Below, one piece after another: positions 15,169 to 24,767 of a DNA stretch of 32,000 nt (within the stretch, counting starts at the first letter, position 1; each line of letters starts with the position of its first letter). The position numbers and the translations under genes were made by a program. The DNA comes from Trichodesmium erythraeum IMS101 (GTDB taxonomy: Bacteria; Cyanobacteriota; Cyanobacteriia; Cyanobacteriales; Microcoleaceae): contig NC_008312.1 of NCBI RefSeq assembly GCF_000014265.1, positions 5,130,001 to 5,162,000 of the forward strand, given 5' to 3'. The notes under the pieces were generated by a model. It searched no databases, was not told the DNA's origin, and was given only the letters and a program-made list of their open reading frames with translations.

Positions 15169-15780
15169 ATGAGTAATCAGAGTCATTATCAACAACTTGG
15201 TCTTACTGAAGACGCTTCTTTTGAGGAAATTCAAGCAGCAAAACAACATTTAAAGCAACAGTATGGTCATGATCAGAAAACAATGGAAAATATTGAAGCT
15301 GCTTATGATGCTATTTTAATGGACCGTCTACGACTACGCCAGGAAGGCAAAATTAAAGTGCCTGAGCGTATTAGATTTCCAGAGAGGCAAGCAAAAAAAG
15401 CAACTGAAACTTTTACTTCACAGGAAACCAATCAAGGGCCAGCTTGGCTACAAAGGTTGATTGACACTCCTAGTCAAGCTGATATCCTATGGCCGACTGG
15501 TATATATCTGCTCTTAGGCGGAATTAGTATTTATTTGGGGGATACTGATCCTTCTAGATTACAACTAACTTGGGTTTTGGGAGTTGGTAGTTGTCTTTAT
15601 TTCCTTAAGCGGAAAGAAAATAATTTTGGTCGAGCTGTTTTATTAGCATTTAGTAGTTTAATTTTTGGATTGATTTTAGGGGGAATACTGAGTTCTTTGG
15701 CAATCGGTTTACCAGCGGAAACATTTATTACTTTGGTAACTTTTTTGTTGTTATGGATGGTTAGTTGTTTTTTGCGTTAG
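15169..15780 (+). CDS. J-like domain membrane protein (CPP1/CDF1-like, DUF3353-type)
   Basis: N-terminal J-like helix pattern HYQQLGLTEDASFEEIQAAKQHLKQQYGHDQ...IEAAYDAIL without a canonical HPD motif. The C-terminal half has 3-4 hydrophobic helices. Confidence 0.65.
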   Translation: MSNQSHYQQLGLTEDASFEEIQAAKQHLKQQYGHDQKTMENIEAAYDAILMDRLRLRQEGKIKVPERIRFPERQAKKATETFTSQETNQGPAWLQRLIDTPSQADILWPTGIYLLLGGISIYLGDTDPSRLQLTWVLGVGSCLYFLKRKENNFGRAVLLAFSSLIFGLILGGILSSLAIGLPAETFITLVTFLLLWMVSCFLR

Positions 15781-15882
15781 TTACTAAGTATTCAGCTATT
15801 AGTTATTAGATATTAGCCATAAAAATTAAGTCAGTTATCGAGCAATTCAGTCTAGAAAAAAACTAGATTAAAGCTTCGTATA

Positions 15883-15926
15883 CATTCAGCTAATAGCTGA
15901 TAGCTGAAAGCTGAATGCTTATTTCT
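15883..15926 (+). terminator. Hairpin (9-bp stem CATTCAGCT/AGCTGAATG) built from TAGCTGA heptamers, followed by CUUAUUUCU
   Basis: Stem arms at 15883-15891 and 15909-15917, between convergent genes. A related GCTAATAGCTGAATGCTTA motif recurs at about 18611. Confidence 0.45.
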
Positions 15927-16011
15927 AGAGTTTAGACTAAATTATGGGGAATTCAAATAATGGAGAAATTTCCGGCAATATTTAATAAGTCTAACTTCCG
16001 TGAATTGCTAG

Positions 16012-17667
16012 TTATGATTTATTAATTTTCAAGAAAGAAAATTGCTGAGTAGGTTCTAAACTAACCCCACTGATGTTTTTCTGAGCAAATACATAATCTT
16101 TATCTAACCATAATGGGATAAAAGGAACATCTTCTGCTAATAATTCTTGAATTTCTACAAAAATAGCTAGCCGCTTTTCTGGGTTTTGCTCTTGACGTTG
16201 TTGTTGGATTAATTTATTTATCCGATCACTATAATAAAATGAACCTTGAAATTGACTAGCCCCTTCTTCACAACCTTTTTCTTTTGAACCTTTGATACAT
16301 TCTAAAAATGGTTGGATATAATTATCCGCATCAAGAAAGTCTCCATACCAGTCTAAAATAAATGTTTGATATACTCCTTTATCTAAATTATTAAAAGCAG
16401 TAGCTGCTTCTACGCTATTCAATTCTAACTCCATTAAACCTTCTAAATTTTGATCTACATATGCTTTTAATGTACTAGCTGTTAATTGCCTCTTAGTAGA
16501 ATTTGCAGCATACCAAATTTCAATTTTGGCTGGGCTATTTCGAGAATATCCTGCCTCTTTTAATAACTCCTTAGCTTGAGCAAAATTTCCATCTCCATAG
16601 TTTTCTTTAAACACTGGTTTATAGCTATTAATTTGTTTAGGAATTAGACTATAAACTGGTTCAGCTTTTCCTTGTAAAACTCGTTCATTTAGTAATTTTC
16701 TATCAATAATAGATGCTAAAGCTTGTCTAACAGCTTTGTTATTTAATGGTTCTAAATTGAGATTTAAAACCATATAATTAACTGTCTTACCATCTGTAGA
16801 AATTACTTGCCATCCTTGACGGATAGCTTCAGCTTCTAAATTAGTAATTTGGTCAGTGTCTAGAGAAAAATAAGCTACATCAATAGACCCTGTTTTAAAA
16901 GCATTAAATAGGTTAGCTGAACTAGAAAATATTTGAATGTCAATTCCTTGATTTTTTGGTTTTTCTCCCCAATAATTTTCAAATACATCTAAGCGTAAAG
17001 TATCAGTACCATACTCAGCTAATTTATAGGGACCAGTACCAATAAATGTATCAGGTTTAAATTGACTTTCACCTATTTCATAAGCTTGTGGGGAAACAGC
17101 ACACAGACCAGAAAATGTTAATAAAGAAGTAAAAGCTGCAAAGGGTTTTTTCAACTTAATTGTTAATTGGTATTCTCCCGTAGCTTCTACTGATTTAATA
17201 GTATTAGTTAACAAAGAAGAAGGTGGGCCACTATTTTTAATAAAACGTTTGAAAGAAAAGGCCATTGCTTCAGCGTTGAAAGGAGTACCGTCATGGAATG
17301 TCACCCCTTGACGAATGGGAATAGTATATGTTGTGCCATCTTCACTAATTTTTGGCATTTCTGTTGCTAGTGATGGTACAAGTTCCATTGTTCCTAGCTT
17401 ATAACCGTAGAGGCGATCGCCTAAGTTATGGAGTAAGTTACCAGATATTACTTCGTAGGCATCTGCCGGGTCGATAGTCCGAGGTTTTAAAGTTGTGCCT
17501 ATAGTAATGCGATTTGTATTTGTTTCTATAGTTAGAGTATTGTCGGGGTTATTTTGAGGTTGGCTACAACTAATGACCAGGAAACAGCAAAGACAAAATA
17601 AGCCAAAAAATTGAATTATTGACTGCCAGGAATGGTTGATTGAATTAAATGATTTATGTTTTTCCAT
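16012..17667 (-). CDS. ABC transporter substrate-binding lipoprotein, family 5 (peptide/nickel/opine type)
   Basis: 551 aa. Signal peptide with a lipobox (LVISCSQ), and family-5 solute-binding-protein style sequence throughout (ITIGTT...DPA.AY...; GTGPYKL.EY). No permease or ATPase genes are adjacent. Confidence 0.9.
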   Translation of the reverse strand: MEKHKSFNSINHSWQSIIQFFGLFCLCCFLVISCSQPQNNPDNTLTIETNTNRITIGTTLKPRTIDPADAYEVISGNLLHNLGDRLYGYKLGTMELVPSLATEMPKISEDGTTYTIPIRQGVTFHDGTPFNAEAMAFSFKRFIKNSGPPSSLLTNTIKSVEATGEYQLTIKLKKPFAAFTSLLTFSGLCAVSPQAYEIGESQFKPDTFIGTGPYKLAEYGTDTLRLDVFENYWGEKPKNQGIDIQIFSSSANLFNAFKTGSIDVAYFSLDTDQITNLEAEAIRQGWQVISTDGKTVNYMVLNLNLEPLNNKAVRQALASIIDRKLLNERVLQGKAEPVYSLIPKQINSYKPVFKENYGDGNFAQAKELLKEAGYSRNSPAKIEIWYAANSTKRQLTASTLKAYVDQNLEGLMELELNSVEAATAFNNLDKGVYQTFILDWYGDFLDADNYIQPFLECIKGSKEKGCEEGASQFQGSFYYSDRINKLIQQQRQEQNPEKRLAIFVEIQELLAEDVPFIPLWLDKDYVFAQKNISGVSLEPTQQFSFLKINKS

Positions 17668-18156
17668 AAAGGCTATTTACCTCTTATTGCTCCTCTATAA
17701 AACTAATACAAAAAAATTTAATACCAAAAAATTGCATGAAGTAAAAATCTAATGTTTACTTCCTTTTTCTACTTAGAATGTCGGGAGTTAGTCATCTACA
17801 GTTATTGTCCACCTGTATTCAGTAAGGTTAATACTTGCATTTTATACTTGTTGTATAGAAACATTATAGGTATCTTTTCTAAACTAAATAAGTTAGTATT
17901 TTGACTAATTAATTGCCATCTTATTATCAAAATAATAACTATTTATACGAATAATAATTATTGTAATAAACAGGATTTTTTTAGGATAATTTATTAGGTA
18001 AAATCTATAAATTTAGTTCTATATAATAAGCTTAAATATCTAAAATATTGTCATTCTTGGATTAAGTTAATCTTTGGGGTAATATCTGAAATAATATAGT
18101 TTGAATATCATGCGCAGTTAAATATTTAAACTCTGGAGGATGTTGTCGCTTATTCT

Positions 18157-18381
18157 GAAGGGAATAAAATATAAGAAAGGGGAAAGTTTTTTGGTTTTAT
18201 TTTCCCTTATGGATATCAAATACAACATATCACCCGTAAGGGGAATATTACCCGGAAATAACATTACATCAAGGATAAAAGATAAGAAAGGAGAAAGTCT
18301 TTTTTACTTTGCTTTCCCTGAAGGATATAAAATACGAAATTTGACCTGTAAGCCGAATATTACTCGGGCATAATATTACAT
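18157..18381 (-). repeat. Two tandem ~112-nt direct repeats, each with a hairpin plus U-tract on the minus strand (candidate multicopy sRNA units)
   Basis: Unit A is 18157-18269 and unit B is 18270-18381, with about 75% identity and small indels. Minus-strand hairpins are AAGGGAAAAUAAAACCAAAAAACUUUCCCCUU (A) and AGGGAAAGCAAAGUAAAAAAGACUUUCUCCU (B). They are followed by UCUUAUAUUUUAUU and UCUUAUCUUUUAUCC respectively. Confidence 0.8.
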
Positions 18382-18723
18382 ATTAAAAGTTACAAAATTC
18401 AGGTGAGTAAGGAAGTATAGAATAGATTAAAAGTATCGAATAAGCTTTAAAAATTTATTGTCAGCTCATGAAAAAAAATTATCTAATCAAGAAAAAAAAG
18501 TCATCAAAAAAATTAACTAATTATCATTTGTTAATTTCTGACTAACTTTTATTAGCTTTTCTACACTGAATTTTGTCTCACTCATATCAAACACCCTATG
18601 TTTAATCTATGGCTAATAGCTGAATGCTTACAAGTTAAGAATTATCACAGACCCTAGATGATTGTAAAGATTACTGTTTAGAATTCCACCTAATATAGTT
18701 TTTTTTCTTGACTCTCAAAATCT

Positions 18724-19209
18724 ATGTCTAGTTATAAAAATATCAACAAAAATTTGAGCATGGAAGAAGTTTATACTTGTCCTGTTTGCTATCATGGTCA
18801 AATTTCAGCAATGACTTTGATGGATGCTTTCTCTTGTAACTTTTGTAACCATATTTTTACTGCCGATCTGGTAAAACAATCATTAAAAATAGCAGATGCT
18901 TCTTCTCCTTTAAGCTGGAAATGGAATGGTAAAAAATGGAAGGCTGACCATCCTCAAGTAGAATGGAGTTGGGTAATTCAGTTATTAGCAGTTGGATTTA
19001 TATTATTACCAACTACATTAATAGGATTAAGCGTTTACTTTTTTCCTCCAACACCAGGCACTCCTTTATGTTGGCTACCCATTTTTTGGATAGGTTTAAC
19101 TTTTCTATCTCATTTAGCTATTATTGTTAATATTCTAATTGATTATTACCAGTTTCCAGTCAAGTTATACTTCAAAGCACTGGGGCGAAATTTATATTTT
19201 CGGGCTTAA
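18724..19209 (+). CDS. Zinc-ribbon membrane protein, hypothetical
   Basis: CPVCYHGQ...CNFCNHIF (a CxxC...CxxC ribbon) is followed by two or three hydrophobic helices. ATG start. Confidence 0.6.
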   Translation: MSSYKNINKNLSMEEVYTCPVCYHGQISAMTLMDAFSCNFCNHIFTADLVKQSLKIADASSPLSWKWNGKKWKADHPQVEWSWVIQLLAVGFILLPTTLIGLSVYFFPPTPGTPLCWLPIFWIGLTFLSHLAIIVNILIDYYQFPVKLYFKALGRNLYFRA

Positions 19210-20908
19210 TACCAAATTCTTAAATATAAGAACCTTATATTAATGAGGTACAGTATTTTTTCTTCTTCCGTATTTCCTTTCCCCAGATCCGGTGCTCTCC
19301 AAAATCAAAAACTTGTTGTTCTCAACATTAGTTATTCGCGATAATTGCCATATAAATTTTAAGGTTTGATTTCAGATTTTCTATTGCTCATTAATCATAG
19401 TTAATGTAGCAGTAGAAAACATCCAATTTTTTTGATTTTAAATAATGCATATTAACTAGTAATTCAATTTCATTGAGAGAAAATAAATTCCCTTTTATCT
19501 ATATAATTAGCTAATTTTTATAAATTATATTCTAGTACTCAAAAAAAGAATGTACTTAACACAGAAGTCAGTAATTTAAGAAAAGGAAAAGTCGTAATTG
19601 ATCCGGTGTTTAAACCACCTAATAGATACAAACAATCCTGATAGCATATAGAGAACCTCACAGTATTTTTATCTGAATATTGATTGAAAAAAATATCATA
19701 AAAATTATGTCTGCTTTGCATAAAGGCAAAGAAAAAATACTATAATGAAAGGGGGAGTCAATATTTTTCAATATCATGGATAAAAGTAAATTTTGGTAAA
19801 CATAAACTATTGTTAAATCAAAATATTCCTTAAATAAACTAGGTATAATAAATGTATACTTTAGTTTTCTATGAAAAATAGATAAATAATCAGAATTGTT
19901 TTGAAGAAGAATGATATTTTTCACTAAATTATCATCTCCTCAAAAAGTTTCAAAAGTATATAGGCAGAGGATGGCAATTAAAGCAATGTTTCAAGACTAG
20001 AAAACTTGTAATTCTCCTCTATAAGCAGCAAAAGCAAAGAAAAAAAATTGAATAATTTGATGCAAATTTATAGCTATCTTATACAGAATTAATGTATTGA
20101 TAGTATAAAAAAACAAAAATTACCGAATTAAATAATATATATCAATAACGGATACAAAAGAGGCTGCTACTAGTATTGAATTACATAAATTAATATACTT
20201 ATTTATCTAGTAAAAAAAAGCTTGAAGCGAAGAAAATCTAGGCAAAGTATTTAGGAATAGAAAATTTAAATATAGCAAAGTTTTTCATAATTAGTATGAG
20301 AGAGCAAACCCTAGACTAATTTCTATAATCATCAAAAAAACTAAGTTTTAAGTTGTATCTAAATCCTCTAAATATTAATTAGGGCTAGCTGAATAAATAT
20401 AGAACCCTAATAATGTGTCAGTTTAAGTAGTCTTAAACCTTGAGAAAAGTGCTAAAAAATTATGAAATTATATTCTCTAATTTAGAATTTTCCCTGATCT
20501 GGTGGGAAAAGCGTAGAAACATTAACATGCTCCAAAATTTATAACTGCTCAAGCTCAGTTAGGGATGACTTTTGAAGCCATTAGTTTTTCCCTGGCGGGG
20601 TAAGCAGGGGGTTTACTTTTAATTAGCCCATAGTACTCTACCCTGTTAAACCTGACCTACTTTATCATTCCCTAGCTTATGACAAAGGAATTTAACCTCA
20701 TTATAAGTTTTGAGTTATTAGCCCTGATGACTATTTAATCTTGTGAGAATGAGAGATGTCAGACATGTTACTTAATGACTTCTTTGGCTTTAAGAACTAC
20801 CCTCAAGAAACTCTAATTACAATTCGATAACTCTTGAAGAAAAACTAATCTAACTATATCTAACTAATAGTAATAGGTAAAAATGTAAATAATCAAAGGA
20901 TATGAACT

Positions 20909-21526
20909 ATGAAATATAATTATAAAAACTATCGGCTAGATGCAGACAGGAAGCTTTATCAGAAATCACCTCATCCTTTTTTATTAGCATTAATATTAAC
21001 TGGAATTTTAGCTGCTGAAGCATATCCTAATCTTACTGAAACAGCAATTGCTGCTGTTAAGGTTTTTCAGTATCCTCAACTAGAAACAAAAGGGAAAATT
21101 ATTTCCAAAGCTAATAATTCTTCTAATCTTTTTAACTCTGTAACACAAACTAAATCTGATGCTAATACAGAAATATTTCAACCTTTTTCCTTGACTAGTA
21201 TTAATGATGCGAAAAAGTTCAATGAACCTCGAAGTGAAGAACTAGAAAAAATAGCTAATCAAAGTAAAAAAATACCTAATGATATAGTTGAAGTTGTTCG
21301 TCAAGATTTAGCTAGTAAAATAGGTATTGCACCTGAAAAAATCAAAGTTATTGGGGTTACTCAAGAGACTTGGCCAAATACTTGTTTGGGTTTACCAAAA
21401 AATGATGAACTTTGTGGCCAAATGTTAGTAGAAGGTTGGCGTCTTATTTTGTCTCATGACAAAGGTAAATGGATTTACCGTACAGACAATTTAGGTAGAC
21501 TAATGAGAGTAGAATTGAAGAAATAA
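20909..21526 (+). CDS. Hypothetical protein with N-terminal membrane anchor or signal
   Basis: 205-aa ORF. Hydrophobic segment PFLLALILTGILAAEA. The C-terminal ~80 aa (VTQETWPNTCLGLPKNDELCGQMLVEGWRLIL...WIYRTD) look globular with a Cys pair. I recognise no family. Confidence 0.55.
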   Translation: MKYNYKNYRLDADRKLYQKSPHPFLLALILTGILAAEAYPNLTETAIAAVKVFQYPQLETKGKIISKANNSSNLFNSVTQTKSDANTEIFQPFSLTSINDAKKFNEPRSEELEKIANQSKKIPNDIVEVVRQDLASKIGIAPEKIKVIGVTQETWPNTCLGLPKNDELCGQMLVEGWRLILSHDKGKWIYRTDNLGRLMRVELKK

Positions 21527-21621
21527 AAATAGTTATCTAAAATTCGTTACTTGATGGTCGAATTAGTTTAAATATAATTAAGTCTGAATATACTCGGTTT
21601 AGTTAGTCGAATCTAATTTAA

Positions 21622-21693
21622 CTGGGGCGGAAGGATTCGAACCTCCGAATGGCTGGACCAAAACCAGCTGCCTTACCACTTGGCGACGCCCCA
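21622..21693 (-). tRNA. tRNA-Gln (anticodon UUG)
   Basis: The minus strand reads TGGGGCG TC GCC AAGTGGTAA GGC A GCTGG TTTTGGT CCAGC CATTC GGAGG TTCGAAT CCTTC CGCCCCA G. This gives a 7-bp acceptor stem, a TTCGAAT T-loop and the anticodon loop UUUUGGU. The overall pattern is very close to E. coli tRNA-Gln. CCA is not encoded. Confidence 0.9.
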
Positions 21694-21710
21694 TCTCGTC
21701 AACATTTAAT

Positions 21711-21741
21711 ATATTAACACTGATACCTAGGAGTTTGTCAA
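21711..21741 (-). promoter_or_regulatory. Candidate promoter of tRNA-Gln (TTGACA - 17 to 19 nt - TAATAT)
   Basis: On the minus strand, cccTTGACAaactcctaggtatcagtgtTAATATattaaatgttgacgaga is followed directly by the tRNA 5' end. Confidence 0.4.
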
Positions 21742-22431
21742 GGGTTTTTTTCAATAATTTTGAAGTTTTGATTGTGAAAGAGTTATATGTTAGTTGACAA
21801 TTTCGGAATCTAAGTTTGTCAAATGCCCTAGTTATTCAGATGAGGACTCATAATAGTAGATTTTCGTTTATGATCACCTTGCTCAACTTCCTTGGGGTGA
21901 GAATTAGGACTACATTACCCTGACTCTGCTTTATACCTATACACACTGGAGACAGGTTTGCTAGTTGATCAATACTGGGAGACTGGAGTACCCGCGCAGT
22001 ATTCCCGTGGAAAGGAATTTAATCTCCATTATTATTAAGGTTATCCCACTTCAAGGGACTGGTGTTGGTAGTTTACACAACTAATTAGGTGAAACGGCTC
22101 GTACTCTGCTCATCTCCTCTAACTGTATTATTATTTAAGTAGGGCTGACTGATTAATTCTCAAGGCATTGATACAAATTATGCTCATAGCCAAATTTAGA
22201 TAGCAAAAAGTACCAGAAGTCAGAAGTTTGGTTGCTTAAGCTTATGGGTGGATAGGGTTTTTGGCATATCGCTAGCATAAAAATTAGAGGACAATTCTTA
22301 CTACACCGGACTTGGTGACTAAGGCGTTTATCCATGCTGACTTACTGACCTGCTGACCTGCAATAATTCTCACCTTATTAGACAATAGATGTGCTAAACC
22401 TAAGTGTTGAAGAGAATTTGATCTGATCTGC

Positions 22432-23325
22432 TTAATTTGACTTAATTAAACTTTTTAACTCCCGCCAGATAGAGGGCTGACTAGAAATTGATGGGGGATG
22501 AGTGAAAATTCCCTGAGTGGGGCTGAACAAAAAAGCTAGTATAAATAACCCAAATGATACTAATACAATTGCTGGACCAGATGGCAAGTTATAGAAATAG
22601 CTAATATACATCCCACTAATACTAGATAAAGTTCCTATTCCTACTCCTAATATGATTACTTGGTGAAGTCTTTTGACTAATAGATAAGCTGTAGATGCTG
22701 GTGTGATTAATAAGGATAAAACTAATACTACTCCTACTGCTTTAAGACTTGCTACAATTGTTAAACCAATTAACATCATTAGCCCTAGGTTTAATAAGTT
22801 TACAGGTAAACCTACTGCTTGAGCGCCGAGGGGATCAAATGTATAAAATAATAGTTCTTTATAAAGTAAGATTACAACTAATAAAACAATTATACCAATA
22901 ATTAGTGTATCGCGGACGTCTCCAACGGTTACGCCTAGAATATTACCGAATAAAAAATGATTGAGGTCGATTTTATTGTCTTTCTGAATAATTGTCATTA
23001 GTGTTATTCCTAAAGCAAAGAAGGCTGAAAAAACTATGCCCATTGCTGCGTCTTCTTTGATTGACGATCGCGTTCTAATTAGATTGATTAAAATTGTGCT
23101 AATTATGCCGGCTATAAATGCCCCGATAAATATATTTGCTCCAACCCAAAAAGCAATGGCTAATCCTGGTAGTACTGAGTGACTAATTGCATCTCCTAGT
23201 AGAGCTAATCTTTGTACCATTAAATAACTGCCTACTACTGCACAAATAATTCCAACTATTATTGCTACTAGGAGCGATCGCTGCATAAAACTATATTGTA
23301 ATGGTTCAACTAATTTTTCTAACAT
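22432..23325 (-). CDS. Metal (Mn/Zn) ABC transporter permease, ABC-3 family (MntB/ZnuB-like)
   Basis: 297 aa and strongly hydrophobic, with typical ABC-3 blocks: LLGDAISHSVLPGLAIAF, EDAAMGIVFSAFFALG, FDPLGAQAVGLPV, LITPASTAYLL. Confidence 0.9.
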   Translation of the reverse strand: MLEKLVEPLQYSFMQRSLLVAIIVGIICAVVGSYLMVQRLALLGDAISHSVLPGLAIAFWVGANIFIGAFIAGIISTILINLIRTRSSIKEDAAMGIVFSAFFALGITLMTIIQKDNKIDLNHFLFGNILGVTVGDVRDTLIIGIIVLLVVILLYKELLFYTFDPLGAQAVGLPVNLLNLGLMMLIGLTIVASLKAVGVVLVLSLLITPASTAYLLVKRLHQVIILGVGIGTLSSISGMYISYFYNLPSGPAIVLVSFGLFILAFLFSPTQGIFTHPPSISSQPSIWRELKSLIKSN

Positions 23326-24225
23326 TGGTGCTTGTTTCCTCTTTTTTGTGTTTTTGATTATTTTGATTTTATCGCAAAAAAAAATAATTTTTAATTTCAG
23401 AATATTTTAGATGATTAATTCAATATTGATAGGTATTTTTCTATATTTTTAAATTAAATATATATAGAATAATCTGCTTATTTAATTAAGTTTAATTAAC
23501 TGTAAAATTTGTTGTTTATTTATTTCCTCTGAAACTAAAATTATTAGAGTTTTGGTGATGTTTACTTATCAAAGTATTTCGGCAGCAAGTTAATAATAAA
23601 TATGATTATAATCCCAGTTTTATTATTGTTAATAATATTAATATACACTAGAAAAATATAAACTGAATCTACATTATCTTAAGTTAGATTAATTACTTCA
23701 TAATAATCATTATATTGTTCAGGATATATTACGATTGTGACATCCATTTGAACATTAGTTAATCTATTGGATTATTAGCAGGTTTATGAGTTCTATATTT
23801 CTATACTATTTTCTGAATAATCTCAAGATGGTTGTGTAACTTAAAAATTTAACTATTCTCTAATTTTTTACATCAAAACTGATTATATTTAGTTGTATTT
23901 TATTAATAATTAATGAGCTTAATCTATTTGAAAAAGATATTTTTATAAGTTTGCTCACTAATGGCAGGGTTAAGTAAATATTTTGGTTATGGTTCTGATA
24001 ATACACTTGGATATTTTTCATGTTGCCTCACTGCAATTTGTAAGTTGTTGATGGGAGAAATACTAATAAAAATTTTGATGTAGATGACAATTTTTGTGTT
24101 TTTTGGCAGCGATCGCTATATTTAGCACAGGATATATAGTGTATTTCCGTAAGGCCTGTCCATTAAGTTATGGGCCTATTTTTTTGTGGCTTTTATTGTG
24201 GCTCTATGCTGTCAGAAAATAAAAA

Positions 24226-24250
24226 AGACATAACTAAAACAGTTATGTCT
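24226..24250 (-). terminator. Orphan intrinsic terminator (perfect 10-bp stem AGACATAACT/AGTTATGTCT, loop of 5)
   Basis: On the minus-strand RNA the hairpin is followed by UUUUUUAUUUU (the + strand a-run at 24215-24225). No minus-strand ORF lies upstream of it. Confidence 0.5.
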
Positions 24251-24767
24251 CCAAAAAATTGTTTGTTTAGATTGAATTAGCTTGGTTTTAGCTAATTTTT
24301 ACTTAAAAATGGACTAAGATGGGCCATCTTTTCCTAAAATTCGAGACATAATTGTATCAATTAAGTACACTTTAATTTTGTTCAACCCCTTGCGTTTATA
24401 AGAAAGTTCAGGCAATAATACGTTTATAGAAAAGTTGAGGCAATAACAAAACTTACGCAAAGACTCTAATTGTCATGTAAATATTTAAATAAATTACCAA
24501 AAATAGACTATATATTGTGCTCTTGTGTAGGTCTTGAAAAAAAGACTACAAAAAACTAAGTGATCACAAAAAGTTTCAATAGCCTCAGTGCGGATATACT
24601 GCGCACCAGGATGGGAATGGCACTCGTAATATGAGTTTACGGGCTTTACAGCTCATATGCGATCGCCTTAACTGGTGATGCTGTACTGATTCAAGGTGTA
24701 TAGCTTTGAGTCGGTTAAATGTTGCACAACAAAAACCAAAAACAACAAGTTTTCTAAATAAAGAACT

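Noticed and set aside
18140-18373. 77-aa + strand ORF, and a CRISPR interpretation of the repeats
   Set aside because: The ORF spans two repeat units that are read in different frames over their 3' halves, and unit B ends in a stop in its own frame, so there is no coding constraint. It is not a CRISPR: there are only two long (~112 nt) contiguous units with no spacers.
19539-19924. Two overlapping minus-strand ORFs (60 and 88 aa) in the AT-rich desert
   Set aside because: They have low-complexity Ile/Phe/Lys/Asn-rich translations, overlap each other, and show no RBS or recognisable motif.
21622-21693. Genomic island integrated at tRNA-Gln
   Set aside because: I looked for a direct repeat of the tRNA 3' end and for an integrase in the flanks and found none. 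The short imperfect repeat gtcgaat(t/c)ta(g/a)ttta at 21567-21615 is too weak.
21893-22010. TPP or cobalamin riboswitch (GGGGUGAGA...ACCCUGA; CCCGCGCAG; CACUGGAGACAGG)
   Set aside because: Only fragments resemble the consensus. The pyrophosphate-sensor helix of TPP and the B12 box are absent, and no gene lies downstream in either orientation.
22153-22335. 60-aa minus-strand ORF
   Set aside because: It has no motif and lies in a non-coding island with stops in neighbouring frames. It may be debris.
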